Assembly (NCBI GenBank): GCA_046497275.1
Contig: JAWOFX010000165.1
Span: 1-5,301 of the forward strand
DNA from: Promethearchaeia archaeon
Lineage (GTDB): Archaea > Asgardarchaeota > Lokiarchaeia > Sigyniarchaeales > SOKP01
Length of the DNA: 5,301 nucleotides
Direction: 5' to 3'
Part shown: one piece after another, positions 1-5,301 of the stretch
Numbering within the stretch: position 1 is the first letter of the stretch
How the letters are laid out: every line of letters starts with the position of its first letter
The notes under the pieces: generated by a model
Told to the model about the DNA's origin: nothing
The model's input: only the letters and a program-made list of their open reading frames with translations
Databases searched by the model: none
Translations under genes and position numbers: made by a program

Positions 1-2
1 AT

Positions 3-161
3 GCAATTAAAGTAGTAAATGAATCGATTAATACGCATATAAATAAGTTATATCGAGTTCAATGCGGAAAGCGCACGATCGAAAACCTTCAAATGCGTAT
101 CTCTCAGCGTCTCTCTTGCCCTATCATCGTCTCACCATCGTTAAAGGAAAAACTACATTAA
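3..161 (+). CDS. Possible 3' end of a gene truncated by the window edge (AIKVVNESINTHINKLYRVQCGKRTIENLQMRISQRLSCPIIVSPSLKEKLH*); product unknown
   Basis: Frame 3 is open for 52 codons from the window edge to TAA at 159-161, while the other two + frames stop within the first 15 nt. It converges on the 756-aa gene across an AT-rich spacer. No recognisable motif. Confidence 0.35.
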   Translation, partial: AIKVVNESINTHINKLYRVQCGKRTIENLQMRISQRLSCPIIVSPSLKEKLH

Positions 162-189
162 TGATCTAAATTTCAATGATCATAGTCTT

Positions 190-210
190 AAAATAAAGAA
201 AATAAAAAAA
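190..210 (-). terminator. U-rich tract, candidate archaeal-type terminator for the 756-aa gene
   Basis: The minus strand reads TTTTTTTATTTTCTTTATTTT about 30-50 nt after the stop at 240-242. Low specificity in AT-rich DNA. Confidence 0.3.
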
Positions 211-239
211 TATATAATATTATTATGCTATAGTAAGAA

Positions 240-2510
240 TTACATAGCTAATTGCGCATCTGATGGATGATATTCCCCTTTACCATTGATCTCATAAGTG
301 ACTTCCAACTTCTCGCCAGGTTCTAACTCTTCAATTGTCCATCTCAGTATATCTTCTCCAACTTCATCCGCAATTTCGGGTTCCATAGAATAATCTCCAT
401 ATTCGAAAGAATCGGGTACCTTATCCATTAATTCGAGATTTTCTAAAGTCATATCCCCAATATTCTCAACCGTAAGGACAATTCTATAAGTTCCCATAGA
501 GGATATTGGTTCCACGGATTTACCGACACGGAATTTTCTCCTGAGATGAAGCGCTTCTATAATTGGTACATCTGGTCTATATTCTAATTCCTTACTCTTA
601 GGATAAGTATTAGCAAGGAATACTACATCCGAATCGAAGATAGCATCTTTTGCAGGTTTTACGGAATGAATTGGATATTGAATTTCCAAAGTAGAACCAG
701 GCTCAACCATACCGGTGTTTGATTCTCTAAGATTTTCAAATGAAATATCTAGAATACCATTGCTCACAGACACAACATCTGGTGAGATATCAATTTCATC
801 ACCATCCCATAATACTTTTACCTCGTCACTATCGGGAGGTTGAAATTCAGTTGTAAATACTTTTTGAGAAACTGTGATTTTATTTAAAGGAGCAGATCCA
901 TTATTTTCAATTAAAACAGAAGCATAGACATCTTTCTCCCTAAAAGTTGGAACATTTATTACTTCTCCTTCAGTAGAGATGTCAGCAGATACTTCTTCCC
1001 TTAATCTTTCTGGAAATTCTTCCTTTAAACTATAAACTACATTTCCTTTAATGCTGGCTACTGATAATTCAACATCCGAGATCGCCATTGTACCATTGAC
1101 ACTTGTTTGAAAGTCTGGCATCACTCGAAACTCTAATTTTTTCCTAAATTTAGGAATCTCTTCGCTTCTATATTCCCAAGGTATTGAAAACCATTTGGCA
1201 CCAGCTGGTAATGGTGGGATATCATTTGGATCGATATCAACTAATTTTTCATCTTCATCCTCAGGTGAATATACATCAGCATTTAAAAGATGTAGAATAA
1301 ACTCAGAAGTGTTATCAAATACAAGTTTACAATCCCAAACCTCTGGTTCCTCATCTCTTTCTATGGTGTCTATATAAAACCTATTTCTTGTATAAGCATC
1401 GAATTGATCAATATCTAATCCTTCTGCGAAGGAGGATAATCCTTGATATGTTGCTTCAATCTCACCAGTTTTTTTAGATTCAATAGATCTTGCGAGAACA
1501 TCACACGTAAATTTTAATATTACCGTTCTTTCGGGTTCTAATGAGTCTATAGTCCAAATAAAGCGATCCCCTTCCTTATCAACTCGTCCAGGTGGTTTTC
1601 CTTTAATCTCTATATCAGAGAAATCTGAAGGAATATGCTTTATTACTTTAACGTTTTTTATAGGTTTAGCAAATAGGCTTTTCATTGCGATTGCAAACAT
1701 CACTGTGTTTTCTTTATCGATAGGGATTGCGTAAGACTCTAATCCCCCCTCCTCGACGTCTGTTCCCCCATCGGTCCAATTTTCTTCATCATCTTCCTCG
1801 TCTTCTTCTTCTTCCTCCTCATCTTCCTCGTCTTCTTCTTCCTCCTCATCTTCCTCGTCTTCTTCTTCCTCCTCCTCCTCATCCTCTTCTTCTTCATTTA
1901 CATCAGCTTCCGCAGATTTTTCTTGAAGTCGATCAATATCTCTTTCAATATCTCGTGTATTGAGAATTTCATCCGCATTCGGTAAAGTATTAATATATTC
2001 TTTGATTATAAGCTGATTTTTAATCTCACCAGTTAATTCAAAATCTCTGGAATCAATATTCTCATCCTCTTCTGTACCTAATTCTGTGATTTTTATTTCA
2101 TCAGATTCTAAATTTGTACTTCCAATATTTTTAAGTGTGAGATCAATATCCCAAAGTCTATCATTATTACTTGGGTTTTCAACATTTAATTTTCCATTAA
2201 ATTTAATAGATTCAATATCTGCTTCATGATTTTGTTTCACATTAACTTCTTCAATTATTTTGACTAATGCTAATATTCCTTCTCTATTTCCATCTTTCAA
2301 TAGAATTGAACCTTCTAATTCACCTGTATCTGCATCATATGTTTCAATCACCGGTGTTGATGTATCTTTATCAATTAAACGAACTCTTCCCTCATCCATT
2401 TCCATTCTTTTTAATCCTTCAGCCTCAAGTGCTTCTTCAGCCTCTTCCTCGTCCCATCCCATTGTAGATTCTTTCTTCTTCTTTTTTTCTTCTTTTCCAA
2501 ATAAAGGCAT
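240..2510 (-). CDS. 756-aa acidic multi-beta-sandwich protein: MHD-like region (about aa 83-372) with poly-D/E insertion, plus DUF11-like/Ig-like modules; predicted soluble and cytoplasmic
   Basis: Long ORF with ATG and AGGTG 9 nt upstream. Recurring Ig-like signature xN..LxNIxV...LxPGE..Y (e.g. VENIGDMTLENLELMDKVPD...WTIEELEPGEKLEVTYEI). No hydrophobic N-terminal stretch or TM helix. The CDS call is firm; the product call is inference. Confidence 0.9.
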   Translation of the reverse strand: MPLFGKEEKKKKKESTMGWDEEEAEEALEAEGLKRMEMDEGRVRLIDKDTSTPVIETYDADTGELEGSILLKDGNREGILALVKIIEEVNVKQNHEADIESIKFNGKLNVENPSNNDRLWDIDLTLKNIGSTNLESDEIKITELGTEEDENIDSRDFELTGEIKNQLIIKEYINTLPNADEILNTRDIERDIDRLQEKSAEADVNEEEEDEEEEEEEDEEDEEEEEDEEDEEEEEEDEEDDEENWTDGGTDVEEGGLESYAIPIDKENTVMFAIAMKSLFAKPIKNVKVIKHIPSDFSDIEIKGKPPGRVDKEGDRFIWTIDSLEPERTVILKFTCDVLARSIESKKTGEIEATYQGLSSFAEGLDIDQFDAYTRNRFYIDTIERDEEPEVWDCKLVFDNTSEFILHLLNADVYSPEDEDEKLVDIDPNDIPPLPAGAKWFSIPWEYRSEEIPKFRKKLEFRVMPDFQTSVNGTMAISDVELSVASIKGNVVYSLKEEFPERLREEVSADISTEGEVINVPTFREKDVYASVLIENNGSAPLNKITVSQKVFTTEFQPPDSDEVKVLWDGDEIDISPDVVSVSNGILDISFENLRESNTGMVEPGSTLEIQYPIHSVKPAKDAIFDSDVVFLANTYPKSKELEYRPDVPIIEALHLRRKFRVGKSVEPISSMGTYRIVLTVENIGDMTLENLELMDKVPDSFEYGDYSMEPEIADEVGEDILRWTIEELEPGEKLEVTYEINGKGEYHPSDAQLAM
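1782..1895 (-). repeat. Low-complexity tandem repeat encoding 38 consecutive Asp/Glu (aa 206-243)
   Basis: Three imperfect units starting CATCTTCCTCGTCTTCTTCTTC at 1790-1819 (30 nt), 1820-1846 (27 nt) and 1847-1879 (33 nt). All lengths are multiples of 3, so the frame is kept. Confidence 0.9.
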
Positions 2511-2519
2511 TTTACTTTA

Positions 2520-2524
2520 CACCT
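2520..2524 (-). promoter_or_regulatory. Shine-Dalgarno-like AGGTG for the 756-aa gene
   Basis: The minus strand reads AATAGGTGTAAAGTAAAATG; AGGTG matches the 16S anti-SD at 9 nt spacing and supports Met1 over Met17. Confidence 0.55.
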
Positions 2525-2548
2525 ATTATAATTTTGCAATATAATTTT

Positions 2549-2556
2549 TTATTAAA
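2549..2556 (-). promoter_or_regulatory. Candidate TATA-like element (TTTAATAA) for the 756-aa gene
   Basis: About 40-45 nt upstream of the ATG, compatible with a short leader containing the SD. The AT-rich context makes this weak. Confidence 0.2.
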
Positions 2557-2830
2557 TTAAATTTCATCAAGACGATCTTAACATATGCTAATTAAAAAAC
2601 ATTATCTAAATAAATTGTAAATGTAGGAATTAAGCAAAAAAGATATGGTCGTAATTTTTTAGATAATTGTTTAATTTCGTCGAGCATTAAAATGAAAAAA
2701 ATAATATTTCAAAATTAATTTTAATGTACACTAACTTAATTTTGACTTTCATATCGATGATCTTGAAACCCTCATGGAGAACTACCGCGCCCGCCTCTTA
2801 AGCGTCGAGAAGACCACTTCCCAATCAGAG

Positions 2831-4243
2831 TTACCGCAGAATCCCTAAAATAATATCATTTACATTACATCCAGTTGGCCCTGTAATAATTTCCGTTCCA
2901 ATCTTCTTAAAAAATGAATTGGAATCATTATTTTTTAGATATTTTTGTATATCTTTATCTTTCGCTTTTTGGATCACATTCCTATCTATTAAAGCTCCCA
3001 TTGCCTTACTATTCCCTTCAATTCCATCTAAATTTGCTCCCAAAATGAGGAAAGGGTAATTTACTTCTTGATTCTTCATTATATTTATTAAACTAAGCAA
3101 CATTTCTTGATTTCTCCCTCCAATACCACCACCTTTAATAGTGACCGTTAGTTCACCAGATCCTATTAAAACTAATTTTTCAATTTCATTTTTTATCATT
3201 TCTTTTCTTTTTTTTTGGATTAATTTATACATATTTTCTGCATAATCTTTTGCTTCTCCAGTTATCTGATTTGAGTAATAATTAACTACAAAACTATTCT
3301 GAGAAAAATATTTCTGGAGATTTTTGACAGCTGACTTTACACTACCAATCAAATAGTTATTAGTATTTTTAAAACATGGATCATTTGATTTTGGATTTTC
3401 TAATGTTTTTTTTGCATTTCCTTCCTCTAGGATTTGTTTAGCTGAATGAGGAATTTGGTTTAGTAAATTATATTTATTTAAAATGTCTATTGCTTGTTTA
3501 TAGGTTGACCCATCTGGAACAGTGGGGCCTGAAGCAATTGAATCGAGATCATCACCAACAACATCGGAAATAATGAGTGAAATTAAAGTTGCTCCACTTG
3601 ATTCATGAACTTTTCTTGCTAAATTACCCCCTTTAAAATCTGATAAATGTTTGCGTATGGTATTTATTTCATGGATATTTGCGCCTGATTCTAATAACAA
3701 TAAATTAACTTTTCTCAACTCATCTATAGTTATAGGTTCTTTAGGAAGAGGTAACAAAGCAGATCCCCCACCAGATATGAGTGTTATTATTAAATCGGTT
3801 TCCTTAGCATTATCAACTAGTTTTATCATATTCTTTACACCTCTCAATCCGTTTTCATTTGGTAAAGGATGAGTTGCGTAATTTATTACGATTTTTTTAG
3901 GTTGATCTTTTTTGTTTAGTTCTAATCCCTCAGGTATATTTATCATTCCCTCATAGCTAAATTCTTTAAAGTTTCTTGAGATTATGGCTTCTAATGCTGT
4001 TGCCATTTGAGCAGTTGCCTTACCTCCTCCTATAAATATAATTTTTCCGTATTTATTTAAATCATATTTGTCATTTTGAATGATTAGATTATTATCTCGT
4101 ATTTTAATTGCATTTTGAATAAGGTTTTTAGCTTTTACAGATTCAATTGCTTTTTCTAAAGCTAATAACGCAACTTTTCTTAACTTCTTCTGTTTAACTG
4201 AAATGTCTCTGTTAATAATTTGAGAATAATTTTTTATTATCAA
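2831..4243 (-). CDS. gck: Glycerate 2-kinase, MOFRL/TtuD/GckA family (DUF4147 + MOFRL domains), 470 aa, TTG start
   Basis: Family motifs GGGKA, SGGGSALL, RKHLSDFKGG, SDVVGDDLDSIASGPT, GELTV, GGRNQE and C-terminal GPTGCNVND. Start codon TTG at 4241-4243. Confidence 0.92.
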   Translation of the reverse strand: MIIKNYSQIINRDISVKQKKLRKVALLALEKAIESVKAKNLIQNAIKIRDNNLIIQNDKYDLNKYGKIIFIGGGKATAQMATALEAIISRNFKEFSYEGMINIPEGLELNKKDQPKKIVINYATHPLPNENGLRGVKNMIKLVDNAKETDLIITLISGGGSALLPLPKEPITIDELRKVNLLLLESGANIHEINTIRKHLSDFKGGNLARKVHESSGATLISLIISDVVGDDLDSIASGPTVPDGSTYKQAIDILNKYNLLNQIPHSAKQILEEGNAKKTLENPKSNDPCFKNTNNYLIGSVKSAVKNLQKYFSQNSFVVNYYSNQITGEAKDYAENMYKLIQKKRKEMIKNEIEKLVLIGSGELTVTIKGGGIGGRNQEMLLSLINIMKNQEVNYPFLILGANLDGIEGNSKAMGALIDRNVIQKAKDKDIQKYLKNNDSNSFFKKIGTEIITGPTGCNVNDIILGILR

Positions 4244-4247
4244 TTAA

Positions 4248-4253
4248 ATCACT
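4248..4253 (-). promoter_or_regulatory. Shine-Dalgarno-like AGTGAT for the glycerate kinase gene
   Basis: The minus strand reads AAAGTGATTTAATTG; GTGAT lies 4 nt before the TTG start. Confidence 0.5.
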
Positions 4254-4340
4254 TTAAAAAACATATTTTTGAGTATTCCTATTGAATCTAAAAATTAATC
4301 AAAATTAATATTTATCGAACTATTTTCAATAATAAAGTAA

Positions 4341-4347
4341 TATAAAA
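4341..4347 (+). promoter_or_regulatory. Candidate TATA box (TATAAAA) for lpdA
   Basis: Ends 30 nt upstream of the ATG at 4378 and is preceded by purine-rich AATAAAGTAA (BRE-like). Confidence 0.35.
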
Positions 4348-4377
4348 CTATAATATTAATTTCAAGGTTGATGAGAA

Positions 4378-5301
4378 ATGAACAATGAAATTTATGATTT
4401 GGTGGTTATTGGCGCGGGTCCGGGAGGTTATCATTCTGCAATTAGAGCAGCGCAGTTTGGTGCCAAAGTTGCGCTAATTGAGAAAGAAAATCTGGGTGGA
4501 ACTTGTTTAAATTGGGGATGTATTCCTACTAAGGCATTATATGCATCATCTGCTTTAATTCAAAAAATAAGAGAACATGGTGAGGATTTCGGATTAAAAT
4601 GTACTCTTGATCTTGATTTTGCAAAAGCTGTTGAAAGAAAAAATCGAGTTGTAAAAGAATTAGTTGATGGGATCGAAGCATTAGAAAAAGGGTGGAAAAA
4701 TGATGTATATATGGGACATGGAAAGATTATTGGTGGAGATAAAGATGAGGGATTTGATATTGAAATTAAGGGAGAAAATAATACAACAATTAAAGCAAGA
4801 AGAATTATCATAGCAACTGGTTCTTCTCCGGCCTTAATCCCCGCCTTTAATATTGATCATGAGAGAATTCTAACAAGCGATGATATTCTACATCCTGACT
4901 TCAAAAAAGTTCCTGAACGTTTATTGATAATAGGTGCAGGAGTTATTGGATGTGAATTTGGTAATATTTTTTCTACATTTGGAAGTAAAGTCACTATGTT
5001 GGAATACCTTCCTTCTCCAATTGCTACTGAGGAACGAATGGTTATTAGAGAATTACAGAAGAAATTTGATGAATTAAATATCGAACTTCATGTCTCACAA
5101 AATGTCTTATCAGTTGAAAATACTGGTAATGGGGTAAAGGCTACAACTTGTTCTGCTGATGTTCCAAGAGACCAGGTAGATAGTGCTGAAAAATCTGTTT
5201 TTGAAGCGGATATTTGTTTAGTATCTATTGGTAGAGCTAAAGAATCCTCTAATTTAGGATTAGAAGAAATGGGGATTGCTACTGAGCGAGGTGCAATTAA
5301 A
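4378..5301 (+). CDS. lpdA: Dihydrolipoamide dehydrogenase (E3 / glycine-cleavage L protein), first 308 codons, truncated by the window end
   Basis: Translates as MNNEIYDLVVIGAGPGGYHSAIRAAQFGAKVALIEKENLGGTCLNWGCIPTKAL... FAD-binding GAGPGG at 4411-4428, redox disulfide CLNWGC at 4504-4521, IIIATGS, NAD-binding GAGVIG at 4933-4950, and LVSIGR. Open to the window end, which is probably why the ORF track misses it. Confidence 0.95.
   Translation, partial: MNNEIYDLVVIGAGPGGYHSAIRAAQFGAKVALIEKENLGGTCLNWGCIPTKALYASSALIQKIREHGEDFGLKCTLDLDFAKAVERKNRVVKELVDGIEALEKGWKNDVYMGHGKIIGGDKDEGFDIEIKGENNTTIKARRIIIATGSSPALIPAFNIDHERILTSDDILHPDFKKVPERLLIIGAGVIGCEFGNIFSTFGSKVTMLEYLPSPIATEERMVIRELQKKFDELNIELHVSQNVLSVENTGNGVKATTCSADVPRDQVDSAEKSVFEADICLVSIGRAKESSNLGLEEMGIATERGAIK

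Noticed and set aside
19-60. ATGA-containing hairpin considered as a SECIS element
   Set aside because: No tandem GA/GA quartet in the pairing and no supportable in-frame TGA selenoprotein nearby.
59-132. Box C/D sRNA-like layout on the minus strand (CGATGAT...CTGA...TGAAGG...TTGA)
   Set aside because: Only one box (CTGA) is canonical; C, C' and D are degenerate and the second guide spacing is too long.
1195-1377. 60-aa + strand ORF
   Set aside because: Ser-rich antisense shadow of the 756-aa gene.
1790-1879. Tandem repeat considered as a CRISPR array
   Set aside because: No spacers; it is an in-frame coding low-complexity repeat.
1727-1963. 78-aa + strand ORF with LLLPPHLPR repeats
   Set aside because: Antisense reading of the poly-D/E codons, not an independent repeat protein.
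2260-2544. 94-aa and 66-aa (2267-2467) + strand ORFs
   Set aside because: Antisense shadows of the 756-aa gene's 5' end with Ser/Phe/Leu/Pro-biased composition and no motifs.
2764-2795. tRNA-like start GGCGGGCGCGGTAGTTC on the minus strand
   Set aside because: No cloverleaf, T-loop or acceptor stem can be built.
3208-3216. A9 run in the glycerate kinase coding strand (also A8 at 3406-3413)
   Set aside because: The frame is intact and such runs are expected in Lys-rich, AT-rich genes; no evidence for phase variation.
3651-3872. 73-aa + strand ORF
   Set aside because: Antisense to the glycerate kinase.
4291-4309. AAAATTAAT direct repeat in the divergent spacer (and palindrome AAAATTAATTTT at 2711-2722)
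   Set aside because: Pure A/T motifs expected by chance at this composition; cannot be supported as operators.
4560-4811. 83-aa - strand ORF
   Set aside because: Antisense to lpdA, which has unambiguous motifs on the + strand.

Overview
AT-rich (~30% GC by eye) prokaryotic window, probably archaeal; a Lokiarchaeia/Asgard origin is inferred from composition and protein style, not shown directly. It holds (i) a possible 3' end of a + strand gene at the left edge, (ii) a 756-aa, very acidic, beta-rich protein on the - strand with no signal peptide or TM helix, (iii) a MOFRL-family glycerate 2-kinase on the - strand, and (iv) the 5' part of a divergent dihydrolipoamide dehydrogenase that runs off the right edge and is absent from the ORF track. 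The best candidate for novelty is the 756-aa protein: three segments align by eye, in order, to the mu-homology domain (MHD) of eukaryotic AP/COPI coat adaptors, with a 38-residue pure D/E tract inserted, extra Ig-like modules behind it and a Lys-rich N-terminus. Two short ~50% GC patches (about 50-140 and 2751-2848) stand out from their AT-rich flanks and share weak collinear motifs. Reference sequences quoted for comparison are recalled from memory and no database searches were run.
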